Assembly (NCBI GenBank): GCA_036676495.1
Contig: JAKFCT010000020.1
Coordinates: forward strand, 1 to 64,000
From: Candidatus Sericytochromatia bacterium
GTDB lineage: Bacteria; Cyanobacteriota; Sericytochromatia; S15B-MN24; UBA4093
Reading direction: 5' to 3'
DNA: 64,000 nucleotides
Shown here: piece after piece, positions 1 to 7,815 of the stretch
Layout of the letters: each line of letters opens with the position of its first letter
Position numbering within the stretch: the first letter of the stretch is position 1
Notes under the pieces: model-generated
Databases searched by the model: none
Seen by the model: only the letters and a program-made list of their open reading frames with translations
Told to the model about the DNA's origin: nothing
Translations under genes and position numbers: made by a program

Positions 1-88
1 TCTGCAGGGGCCACTTCGCGCCTCTCTCGACCGCCAGCCGCTTGTCTGCCAGGACCAGGCTGGTGGTTTTCCTTTGGGAGGCCGTCAC
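1..88 (-). CDS. Partial phage hypothetical protein (runs off the window)
   Basis: GTG at 88 overlaps the upstream TGA (GTGA coupling); frame is open to the window edge. Confidence 0.4.
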   Translation of the reverse strand, partial: MTASQRKTTSLVLADKRLAVERGAKWPLQ

Positions 89-426
89 GCCGCCTCCTCG
101 ATCTGGGGATCCGCCGGCTCCGCGGCGACGACCTCGGTGACCGTAACGGCCGGGATGGCCCGCAGTTCGTCCAAGGTCTTGTAGTAGCGATCAGTCTTGG
201 TCCTCGACTCTTCGAGCGCCTTCCTATAGGTAACGTCGGCCTCGACCATGTCGGCCCACGCCGTGAGCTTAGAAAGGTACTTGGCCTCCTCCTGCAGGAG
301 GCTGTGCTTCTCACGGGTCAGGCGGTTCAACTCCGCTCGCTCGTCCTCCTTGAGCTCGAGGATCGCGGCTCTCAGGAGCTGGGCGTCGGCCTGCTGGACG
401 AAGCTCGGTGCTTGAATCTCGCGCAT
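85..426 (-). CDS. Phage hypothetical protein, coiled-coil
   Basis: 113-aa helical ORF, tightly packed in the leftward operon. Confidence 0.7.
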   Translation of the reverse strand: MREIQAPSFVQQADAQLLRAAILELKEDERAELNRLTREKHSLLQEEAKYLSKLTAWADMVEADVTYRKALEESRTKTDRYYKTLDELRAIPAVTVTEVVAAEPADPQIEEAA

Positions 427-427
427 G

Positions 428-586
428 CTAGGCCGCCTTCCCGATCACGAGCTCGCTCATGAGGACGCGGACAGGGATGCCTCCGGGGGAGAGCTTGACG
501 AGGGCGACTCCGGTGGCGTGGCGGATCTCGACGATCTCCGCGACGTTCAGGCCAGCGGTGGTCGAGAGGGTCAAAGAACTGCTCAT
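428..586 (-). CDS. Phage hypothetical protein (52 aa, MSSSLTLST...)
   Basis: GAAAGGAG RBS upstream of ATG 586; abuts its neighbours. Confidence 0.6.
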   Translation of the reverse strand: MSSSLTLSTTAGLNVAEIVEIRHATGVALVKLSPGGIPVRVLMSELVIGKAA

Positions 587-599
587 CTGGGGCTCCTTT

Positions 600-809
600 C
601 TACTTGGGTTGCGGCGCCTCCTGGGGCGCCTGGGGGATGATCTTGGTCTTGGGGGCCGGGAATACCTTGATGCCGGATACCGAGTGCTCCAGGTCTCGCC
701 TGGCGCGATCACTCTCGGCCTCCGCGAGGGCTAGGGCGTAGCGGTTGCCCCTCGCGAGCTCCTTGCGGTAGTCGCCCTTGACGGGCTTCTCGTCGCGCCA
801 CGAGCGCAC
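600..809 (-). CDS. Phage hypothetical protein
   Basis: 69-aa ORF whose start overlaps the upstream stop. Confidence 0.6.
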   Translation of the reverse strand: MRSWRDEKPVKGDYRKELARGNRYALALAEAESDRARRDLEHSVSGIKVFPAPKTKIIPQAPQEAPQPK

Positions 810-1039
810 TAGCGCACCCCGTACATCGTGAGGACGTAGGGCAGGCCCGAAAAGATGCCGTGGGCGAGGTAGCCAATGCTGACTGCGATGGCGACCGTCC
901 AGACGAATCGGGTGATCTGCTCGCGACGGGTCTCCTTGAGGGTGCGCGGCCGGGCGAAGATGGCATTGGACTGGTCGATGCGCTGGAGCTGGCCCGTGCG
1001 GCTGCTGGCGGGCCGGGTGATGATGGGGAACTGGCTCAT
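809..1039 (-). CDS. Phage small membrane protein (76 aa)
   Basis: ATG 1039 coupled to the upstream stop; C-terminal hydrophobic helix FVWTVAIAVSIGYLA. Confidence 0.6.
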   Translation of the reverse strand: MSQFPIITRPASSRTGQLQRIDQSNAIFARPRTLKETRREQITRFVWTVAIAVSIGYLAHGIFSGLPYVLTMYGVR

Positions 1040-1368
1040 TTCTCGTCCCCCCACTCCTTCTCCCGCAGACGCAGGATCTCGCCGGTCTGCTGGTTGAGCC
1101 CCACGTCGCGCTTCTCGACGGCGATGATCTCGTCCGCGAGCTGCCCGATGCGATCGAGCGCGGCTTTCACGCCTTCGAGGTTGCCCTGCTCGAGGGCCTT
1201 CTGTGCGGCGTAGCGTTCGGTCTGGATCTGGTGGGCCAAGGTCAGAATCTCCGTGTCCTGGATGCGCTTTTCGATGAGTAGGTCCGATTCGGTGGTGTGC
1301 CGTTCCCTGAGCCTCTGAGGCTTCCTGCTCGGGGGATCCGGCAGCTTCGCGTGTGCTGTCGCGGGCAT
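1036..1368 (-). CDS. Phage hypothetical protein
   Basis: AGGAGG RBS, 110-aa helical ORF. Confidence 0.7.
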   Translation of the reverse strand: MPATAHAKLPDPPSRKPQRLRERHTTESDLLIEKRIQDTEILTLAHQIQTERYAAQKALEQGNLEGVKAALDRIGQLADEIIAVEKRDVGLNQQTGEILRLREKEWGDEK

Positions 1369-1427
1369 GGTCCCTCCTGCTTTGTAAAGTTCGTCTTAAC
1401 CTGCAAACGCGTGGTCGGTTGTTGGGC

Positions 1428-1580
1428 TTACGCTGAGGTCTGGGTTTGGGAATTGATTTGGGTCTGGTGTTTTGCCCACCACTCCTCGTTGCGGATGCCG
1501 GGTTGGTCCCAGTTATGGAGCAGCCAAGCAAACCGCTGGAAATCGAGTGGCGGAACACTGCTAGGCTGCAGGGTCTCCAT
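1428..1580 (-). CDS. Putative 50-aa phage protein (METLQPSS...)
   Basis: AGGAGG-N6-ATG lying inside the 3' end of xis. Confidence 0.45.
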   Translation of the reverse strand: METLQPSSVPPLDFQRFAWLLHNWDQPGIRNEEWWAKHQTQINSQTQTSA

Positions 1581-1761
1581 CGGGGGCCTCCTGGGCTTCG
1601 GACTTGGGCGGGATTCCCTTCGCGAGGTCATCGGCGTCAATCCGGTATTCTCGACCCGCGCGAATATGCGGGAGGCGACCATCCTTAATGGCATTGCGGA
1701 TGAACATCTCACTGACCTTGAGCGCTACCGCCGCCTCCTGAATGGTCAACAGGGTCGGCAT
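1561..1761 (-). CDS. xis: Excisionase-family HTH DNA-binding protein
   Basis: LLTIQEAAVALKVS...IKDGRLPHIRAGREYRI signature; AGGAGGTG RBS. Confidence 0.85.
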   Translation of the reverse strand: MPTLLTIQEAAVALKVSEMFIRNAIKDGRLPHIRAGREYRIDADDLAKGIPPKSEAQEAPDGDPAA

Positions 1762-1801
1762 AAATCATCACCTCCTCGTATCGGTTATCGGTACGTTACT
1801 T

Positions 1802-1830
1802 ACGATACGTCCGAATCGATTAGGTGTCAA
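1802..1830 (-). promoter_or_regulatory. Sigma70-type leftward promoter for the xis operon
   Basis: TTGACA (1830-1825)-N17-TATCGT on the minus strand; overlaps the inverted repeat CGTATCG(1777)...CGATACG(1803). Confidence 0.6.
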
Positions 1831-1888
1831 TACGTTGTACTCGATTATAGGTAGTAACGATTCGTTGTATTTGGTTTACGGTAGTTGT

Positions 1889-2368
1889 ATGGAACGAAGC
1901 CTTAGCCAAATCGTTACGGAGTTTCGGGACCGCTATCACCTTTCCAAGGCGAAAGCCGGGCAGGTGCTTGGAGTCTCCACGCTTTACGTGCGCTCGCTAG
2001 AAGAAGGCGTAGACGTACGTACTGGCCTGCCTTTCAACCCCCGCGAAGCTACCATCCGCCAACTCGCCGCGAAGATGACGGAGTTCGGCTACCCGGTGAC
2101 ATTCGAGGAGCTGATGGTCGCGGCTGGAAAGCTGCCGCAGGAGGCCGTCGACTTCCACCAAGACAAGGCGCATGAGCCGACTGACGAAGACCTGGAGCGC
2201 GGCGAGCTGGCGATCCCCGGCCTGGATGATCTGGCGGCGGAGTCAGACGCGCATTGGAATGAGCTGACCCCCGATGAGAAGCGTCAGGTGCGCGGGGCGC
2301 TTGCCATTGCCGCCAAGGCGGTGATCGCCGCGATCATGAGCGGTAAGAAGCAGCGAAAACTAGAGTAG
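1889..2368 (+). CDS. XRE-family prophage repressor (ImmR/CI-like)
   Basis: N-terminal HTH (FRDRYHLSKAKAGQVLGVSTLYVRSLEEG); divergent from xis; ATG 1889 lacks an obvious SD. Confidence 0.75.
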   Translation: MERSLSQIVTEFRDRYHLSKAKAGQVLGVSTLYVRSLEEGVDVRTGLPFNPREATIRQLAAKMTEFGYPVTFEELMVAAGKLPQEAVDFHQDKAHEPTDEDLERGELAIPGLDDLAAESDAHWNELTPDEKRQVRGALAIAAKAVIAAIMSGKKQRKLE

Positions 2369-2405
2369 GAATCGACACCCTTAGCAAAGACGTAGCCACG
2401 ATGAG

Positions 2406-2843
2406 ATGCCACGATCAATCAACGCAGCAAAGCGCCTGGAAAAGGCGCGCGTCATTGTCCTAGACCTTGAACTCCCACCGCGCATCAGGGGCCTTTCCTG
2501 CCGGGTGCTTGGTTGGAAGGTGGTGCTCTTGAACCAGACGATGGATCGAGTCGAGCGGCGCTGCGTGATGATGCACGAATACCAGCACTTGTGGCTATTC
2601 GGCGGTTACGTCTTCGGGTTTCACGTGAGCTACCGGCATGCCCTCCAGGAGAGCAAGATCGAAGCCGCGGTAAAGAAGGCCACGGCCATGGCCCTGGTTC
2701 CGCCCAAGAAGCTCCGCGATCTCCTCAAGAAGGGGTGGCGGCGAGATGAGATCGCCGAGTTTTTCGACGTGACTCGTGAGGTCGTCGAGGATGCGATCGC
2801 GCTGCAACTGCGCGCCGACTCGTATCCAAAGGAGGGGGGATGA
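2406..2843 (+). CDS. ImmA/IrrE-family metallopeptidase (anti-repressor)
   Basis: VVLLNQ...ERRCVMMHEYQH (HExxH) and C-terminal IAEFFDVTREVV; follows the repressor. Confidence 0.8.
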   Translation: MPRSINAAKRLEKARVIVLDLELPPRIRGLSCRVLGWKVVLLNQTMDRVERRCVMMHEYQHLWLFGGYVFGFHVSYRHALQESKIEAAVKKATAMALVPPKKLRDLLKKGWRRDEIAEFFDVTREVVEDAIALQLRADSYPKEGG

Positions 2844-3106
2844 ACGGGAAGATCATCCACATGCACCTTTGGGCCGCAACGGAGAGCCGAAAGCCCCGCC
2901 GCTTCGCTATCTCGCCTGTGGCTCCAGCGCCATTTCGCATCAACTGGGAAACGCTTCGCTACCACCTGCCGGAGTGCCGGTACGTCGTTGATTCGTGCCG
3001 CGAAGCCTGGATGACGGACCTCTATCTCGCGAGCGCCAAGCCCTGCGGGGCCTGCAAGCCGCCGCACCACGGCCGAGACAGACGGCCGGCTCCGTCACGC
3101 CCATGA
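2840..3106 (+). CDS. Hypothetical protein
   Basis: ATGA overlap with the upstream stop; GGAGG RBS; Cys-rich C-terminus (CGAC). Confidence 0.55.
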   Translation: MNGKIIHMHLWAATESRKPRRFAISPVAPAPFRINWETLRYHLPECRYVVDSCREAWMTDLYLASAKPCGACKPPHHGRDRRPAPSRP

Positions 3107-3447
3107 AGTTCTCTCGCCAAGCTCGCCCCATTACCCAGGCCCACCTCGAGGGCGTCGACCTCGAGCTGCGTGCACCGCGGATGAAGATCGCTGTCAGGAG
3201 CGAGCGCCTAGGGTGGTGGGTTGACCTTTCCTGGCTGACCGATCGCCGGCAATGGAAGATCGCCTATGCCTGGAAGGTCTGGGGCCGCGATGACGGCGCC
3301 GAGCTCGCTGAATTCTTGGTTGAGCGGTTTTTGTCCTGGGAGCCGTGGCACAAAGGAGAGTCGCCGATCCCTGGGTGGCTGAAGGATTGCGCCAAGGCTG
3401 GGATAGCCGTGCCAGTGGAGAGACTGAAAGGGAGGGTAAGGGGATGA
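3103..3447 (+). CDS. Hypothetical Trp-rich protein
   Basis: ATGA overlaps at both ends. Confidence 0.6.
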   Translation: MKFSRQARPITQAHLEGVDLELRAPRMKIAVRSERLGWWVDLSWLTDRRQWKIAYAWKVWGRDDGAELAEFLVERFLSWEPWHKGESPIPGWLKDCAKAGIAVPVERLKGRVRG

Positions 3448-3773
3448 CGATGAACATCACGCCGAAAGAAGTTGAAGCAATCCGCCGCTGGGCCGAGAGC
3501 ATGCCAGAGGTTAAGCGCTGCTGGATCTTCGGCTCAAGGTACAAGGGTGAGGCCAAGCCGGCGAGCGACATCGACATTGCCGTAGAGCGACTGATTGGCC
3601 CTGACGACGAGCCGAATGGAACGCTTTTTTGGATAGATGCAGGGGATGGCTGGAAAGAGGCTCTGCAAGGGTTGTTGCCCTACGTGATCGACCTGCAGCT
3701 CTACGAAGGCCCCAGCGAAACCCCGAGCCTCCATGAATACCTGAAGGTCTCTCAGATCATCTTTGAGCGATAG
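3444..3773 (+). CDS. Minimal nucleotidyltransferase (MNT, Pol-beta superfamily)
   Basis: WIFGSRYKGEAKPASDIDIAV (GS...DxD) and a later IDL motif. Confidence 0.85.
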   Translation: MTMNITPKEVEAIRRWAESMPEVKRCWIFGSRYKGEAKPASDIDIAVERLIGPDDEPNGTLFWIDAGDGWKEALQGLLPYVIDLQLYEGPSETPSLHEYLKVSQIIFER

Positions 3774-3795
3774 CTCACTGCTCAGGAGCTCCGCC

Positions 3796-5331
3796 ATGCC
3801 CGTAACCAGAGCCGTCGTTTACACCCGAGTCTCTACTTCCATGCAGGAAAGAGATGGTGTGTCACTTGAAACTCAGCTTGAGCTTGCCCGGCAGCATTGT
3901 GAGGCAAAGGGATGGGCTCTCACTGAAACCTATACCGACGTAATGAGCGGCAGAAGTGATCGACGGCCTGATCTCAAGCGCTTAGAGGCAGATGCGCAGG
4001 CAAAGTGCTTTGACGTGGTGATCGTCTACAAGGTCGATCGCTTGAGCCGCTCTGCCCGAAAATACTACGAGCTACTAAGTCTTTTCCGGGACAAGGATAT
4101 TTCGATCTTTAGCCTCACCCAGCCTATCGACACCACGACTCCAACAGGCAAGTTCATGCTGGGACAGATGATCCTCATAGCCGAACTTGAAGCCGACAAC
4201 ACGTCGGAGCGCGTCGCTTCGGCAATGCGAACTGTTGCCGCCAAAGGAAAGCACACTGGGGGCTGGTGCCCACTTGGCTATCGTTACATCCCCAAAACAG
4301 TGGGGCCGGATGGGGTGGTGCATGATGGTCATTTGGAACTTGACCAAGTAGAAGCTGAGATCGTGAAGCTCCTATTCGAGACCTTTCTTAGGCTACGGAG
4401 CTGCAGGGGAGTAGCAGTCCACCTGAACGAACTGGGCCACAGAACAAAGAGGGGAAAGCTATTCTCGATTCAGGCGGTCTCGGACATTCTCCGGAACCCT
4501 GCCTATACAGGAATCATAGCCTATGGCCGCTCAGTCGAAATCAAGGGTCGGAGCGGGCGTCGAAGCGTTCCCATTAGCCCAGAAAAATGGATTATCCGAG
4601 AGAATGCTCACCCTGTCATCATCGACCAGAAAACCTGGGATGAGGTGCAGGAGATCATCCGATCTCGCGAGGGGATGTCCTCTCGATTGAAATACGGGCA
4701 ACAGCGCTACCCATGGTCTGGTTTGCTCTACTGCGCATCCTGCGGAAGCATTCTCAAAAGGACAAAGGACACGTCGCGTGGAAGTCTTGGTTTCGCGTAC
4801 GTCTGCGCAGCCTTCAACGTCAAGGGAAAATCAGCTTGTAAATCGCCATGCCGCGCAAGTGAAAAATATCTAAATCGGGTTGTCCTGGTGGAGCTTGATC
4901 ATGCTCTACGCGAACTCATGCGGAAGGCATTGGACGCCCCTGTTACGCGAAAGCAGGGGAAGCCCCAGGACAGAAGCAAGCAAATCGCCATGCTCGAGGC
5001 GCGCCGCGAACGCGAAAAAGAGCTGTTCCGAGGTGGATTTTGTTCGTTTGAGGAGATGGCAACGAAAATCAGGGGCCTTGATGAACAACTGAAAGCCTTG
5101 GCCTTGCCAACCCAAGCACTCGTCCCAGCGCTTCCCGATCTGCCGGATGCCTTTCTTGACCTATGGGAGCGTTTGAACGAAGCAGCGCGAGGCGAGCTCC
5201 TTCGAACCTTTATCGCCAACTGCGAGGTAGCAAAGGACCGCTTCACCATTTTCCTCAAGCCCTTCAATCACCAGCATTGGCCCGAACAACTCATCATGAG
5301 CAAAACTCCCTCGCGTTGGCATAGGGAGTAG
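3796..5331 (+). CDS. Large serine recombinase (integrase)
   Basis: YTRVST catalytic Ser, VYKVDRLSR, recombinase domain, zinc ribbon (CASCG...YVC...C) and coiled coil; AGGAG RBS. Confidence 0.95.
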   Translation: MPVTRAVVYTRVSTSMQERDGVSLETQLELARQHCEAKGWALTETYTDVMSGRSDRRPDLKRLEADAQAKCFDVVIVYKVDRLSRSARKYYELLSLFRDKDISIFSLTQPIDTTTPTGKFMLGQMILIAELEADNTSERVASAMRTVAAKGKHTGGWCPLGYRYIPKTVGPDGVVHDGHLELDQVEAEIVKLLFETFLRLRSCRGVAVHLNELGHRTKRGKLFSIQAVSDILRNPAYTGIIAYGRSVEIKGRSGRRSVPISPEKWIIRENAHPVIIDQKTWDEVQEIIRSREGMSSRLKYGQQRYPWSGLLYCASCGSILKRTKDTSRGSLGFAYVCAAFNVKGKSACKSPCRASEKYLNRVVLVELDHALRELMRKALDAPVTRKQGKPQDRSKQIAMLEARREREKELFRGGFCSFEEMATKIRGLDEQLKALALPTQALVPALPDLPDAFLDLWERLNEAARGELLRTFIANCEVAKDRFTIFLKPFNHQHWPEQLIMSKTPSRWHRE

Positions 5332-5365
5332 GAACTGCGATATCACGTACCCCTATAGTCAGCGT
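5321..5365. other. Candidate att junction (element/host hybrid site)
   Basis: comEC-like coding resumes at about 5361 (SVGQGDA); imperfect inverted repeat ATAGGG(5321)...CCCTAT(5351) on the element side. Confidence 0.55.
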
Positions 5366-6125
5366 CGGACAGGGGGACGCCCTCGTCGTGAGAACGCCGT
5401 CGCAGCGCTGGTACCTGATCGACGGTGGCCCGTGCTGGCCGGGTGGCGATGCCGGAGAGCGGACGTTACTGCCCTTCCTGAGGCGACAAGGATGCCGGCG
5501 GCTCGATGGCGTGATCCTGACGCATGCGCATGACGATCATGCCGGTGGCCTGGCCTCGGTGACGGAGGGACTCCCGGTCTCCGCGGTCTGGGACTCCGGG
5601 CAGCCGGGGGACTCACCGGCCTACCAGCGCTGGCTGGAGCGCGTCCTCCAGCGCCGGATCCCCATGATCACGGTTCAAGAGGGCATGCGCGCCGAGCTCG
5701 AGGCCGAAATCACACTGGAGGTGCTGGGCCCGCCGGAAAGCGCGCACCGTCGAAGCCGATCCGACGCCAACAACAACTCGATCGTGCTGATGCTCCGCTA
5801 CCGGGACTTCCGCATGCTCTTCGCCGGGGATCTCGAGGAGGAGGCCGAGACCCGGCTCCTCGAACACCCGGGTCGACTGCGGGCGACGGTCTTGAAGGTC
5901 GCGCACCACGGCAGTCGCTACGGTAGCGGCCGCGCGTTCTTGAAGGCCGTTCGTCCGGAGGCCTCCCTCATCTCGGTGGGAGCGCAGAATACCTTCCGCC
6001 ATCCGGCCCCGGAGACCCTGGCACGGCTGCGGCCCTTCGGGCGGGTCTACCGTACCGACCAGGACGGAGCCGTCACGCTGCGAAGCGACGGCGAGACCTG
6101 GAGCCTCAAAGGCTTTCACGACTAG
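5361..6125 (+). pseudogene. comEC: 3' fragment of comEC/rec2 (metallo-beta-lactamase domain)
   Basis: SVGQGDALVVRTP...LIDGG, THAHDDHAGG, NNNSIV, FAGDLE, KVAHHGS, ISVG..N.F.HP, YRTDQDGAV; in-frame stop at 5322 and no membrane competence domain upstream. Confidence 0.85.
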
Positions 6126-6190
6126 CGGCGAGCATCACGCTTGCGGCTAGGGTCGCGTATATGGCTAGGGTATTCGTGCCTGCGGCTCAG
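6125..6190. repeat. Cluster of GCGGCTAG-type repeat units
   Basis: GCGGCGAG 6125, GCGGCTAG 6143, ATGGCTAG 6161, GCGGCTCA 6182. Confidence 0.5.
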
Positions 6191-6191
6191 A

Positions 6192-6869
6192 TCAAGAAAG
6201 CGAAGCTTGAGGCTTGGCGACGCTCAGGGGCAGCGCGCCGCGCTCGATGGCGAACAGGAAGAACGCATAGAGTTCGTCATAGTCGAGCATGCCATCCTGG
6301 TTCGCGTCCACCGCCTTGCTGGCGAAAGCCTCCTTGAGGATCTTCGCCTTCACGTCCTCGAGCTCCAGCTTGGCGTAGGGGCTCCAGGGCTGGGGATCGA
6401 ACTGAAATTGCTTGGCGGCGAGCAGATCGTCCCGGGTGAGCTTGCGATCGCGATCCTTGTCGAGTGCTTTCACGCAGCCCGAGCGGATCCGGATGAGGCG
6501 TTCGGTCATGACGGTGACGATGGCGTCGGTGACCAGTTCGTCGAGCGCCAGCAGGCCATCGTGATCCGTGTCCTTGGAGCGGAAGACGGCTCGGCTATAG
6601 CCAGGCAACTTGGCCTGAAGTTCTGCCAGGGAGAGCTTGCCGTCCTTGGGGTCGCGGTCCGCGAAGGCCATCAACTCCTGGGTGTCGACTTCCAGCGAGG
6701 CCTTCATTTGCTTTCGCATGGTCGTCTTGGAGGCGAGCGCCACGACATCGTCGGATCCCAGTGCCTCGAAGGAGGCCATGCCCGTGAGGGGGGCCGAAGG
6801 CATGACGATCGGGCTGCCGCAACCTGCCAGCAGGGAGGCGAGTATCACCGAGGCGGCCAGCTTCTTCAT
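6192..6869 (-). CDS. EF-hand lipoprotein
   Basis: Lipobox LLAGC; four DxDxDG-like loops. Confidence 0.8.
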   Translation of the reverse strand: MKKLAASVILASLLAGCGSPIVMPSAPLTGMASFEALGSDDVVALASKTTMRKQMKASLEVDTQELMAFADRDPKDGKLSLAELQAKLPGYSRAVFRSKDTDHDGLLALDELVTDAIVTVMTERLIRIRSGCVKALDKDRDRKLTRDDLLAAKQFQFDPQPWSPYAKLELEDVKAKILKEAFASKAVDANQDGMLDYDELYAFFLFAIERGALPLSVAKPQASLS

Positions 6870-6965
6870 GGGCATTCCTCCGAGCAGACGTACCCCATGG
6901 GTATCGACGCGGAAGCGGGCGAGTTTCTTGCCTTTCGGATAACACGCCTTTAATTCAAGGTTAAA

Positions 6966-7436
6966 CTACGTGCGCTCCTCCTCAGGAGGGTGCTGGTGGT
7001 GAAGCCGCTGATGCAGCAAGCGCAGGTCAGCGTCGAGATCGACGACGACCTGGTGGAGGCGGGCGCTCAGCGCCCGGTAGAGCAGGCGCGCGAAATCGGG
7101 GCGCGTCTCCAGCAAGCCCCGCAGGAGGTCGCTGGCGATCACCCCGACGACGGTATCGCGAAAGGCCACGGCGGTCGTGGAGCGGGGGGAGGCGGCGAAG
7201 AGCGCCCCTTCGCCGAAGACGGTCCCCTCGTCGAGAATCGCGAGGCGCAGCATCTTCCCCGAAACCGACTCCTTCATGATCTCGACCAGCCCCCGGCGCA
7301 CGACGTAGATATGCGCGGAGGGGGCCCCTTCGGCGAAGATGATCTGGCCCGGTTCGAACGCGCGCGTCTGCCCCAACTGGAGCATGGCCTGCCAGCCGAG
7401 CGGATCGAGGCCCGGGAGGTCTTTGAAACTGTGCAT
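6966..7436 (-). CDS. Stand-alone cyclic-nucleotide-binding domain protein
   Basis: IIFAEG...FGEGALF...PRSTTAVA; no C-terminal HTH. Confidence 0.85.
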   Translation of the reverse strand: MHSFKDLPGLDPLGWQAMLQLGQTRAFEPGQIIFAEGAPSAHIYVVRRGLVEIMKESVSGKMLRLAILDEGTVFGEGALFAASPRSTTAVAFRDTVVGVIASDLLRGLLETRPDFARLLYRALSARLHQVVVDLDADLRLLHQRLHHQHPPEEERT

Positions 7437-7621
7437 GGGTGCTTCCTTCGGATGATCGGGGAGCCGTGCTTTGCCGGAGGCAAACCCCAGGAACGACGGG
7501 CGCCATCCACGCGATTCCCCTATTTAACGACAGGAGCGTGATCTCGCCGTGAGGGTGTTCTACGGAAGATTCACAACGTCTTTTCGACGCGCGCGAACGC
7601 GAGCTCCCCGCGGGCCTTCCC

Positions 7622-7650
7622 TTGACACCCCCCTGCCGGGGCGGGAGAAT
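7622..7650 (+). promoter_or_regulatory. Sigma70-like promoter upstream of galT
   Basis: TTGACA-N17-GAGAAT. Confidence 0.45.
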
Positions 7651-7695
7651 GAGCCGCGGAGGGCAAAGCGGATGGATCGTGAATCGAACGTGATC

Positions 7696-7815
7696 ATGCA
7701 GAAGGAGACCCTCGTCAAGGACGATGGTCGGCGCCTGATTTACTACCGCTTCGTGCCCGCGGACGCGGCGGTCGAGGCCTCGGCGGTCGCGGAGCCGGGG
7801 CAGGAGGAAGGGTAG
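7696..7815 (+). CDS. Small protein preceding galT (start may be 7672)
   Basis: MQKETLVKDDGRRLIYYRF; stop overlaps the galT GTG. Confidence 0.55.
   Translation: MQKETLVKDDGRRLIYYRFVPADAAVEASAVAEPGQEEG

Larger units (their letters stand above)
1..5360. mobile_element. Right end of a prophage/integrative element inserted in comEC
   Basis: Excisionase, XRE repressor, ImmA-like peptidase, short hypothetical genes and a large serine recombinase. Composition is visibly less GC-rich than the host, and the element abuts a truncated comEC. Confidence 0.85.

Noticed and set aside
809-1558. 249-aa ORF overlapping the 1036-1368 gene
   Set aside because: Only the last 76 codons have a coupled start and protein-like composition; the rest is Arg/Pro-rich off-frame sequence.
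5388-6125. Intact stand-alone MBL hydrolase starting at GTG 5388
   Set aside because: The conserved VGQGD motif lies upstream of this GTG in the same frame, which indicates truncation rather than a native start.
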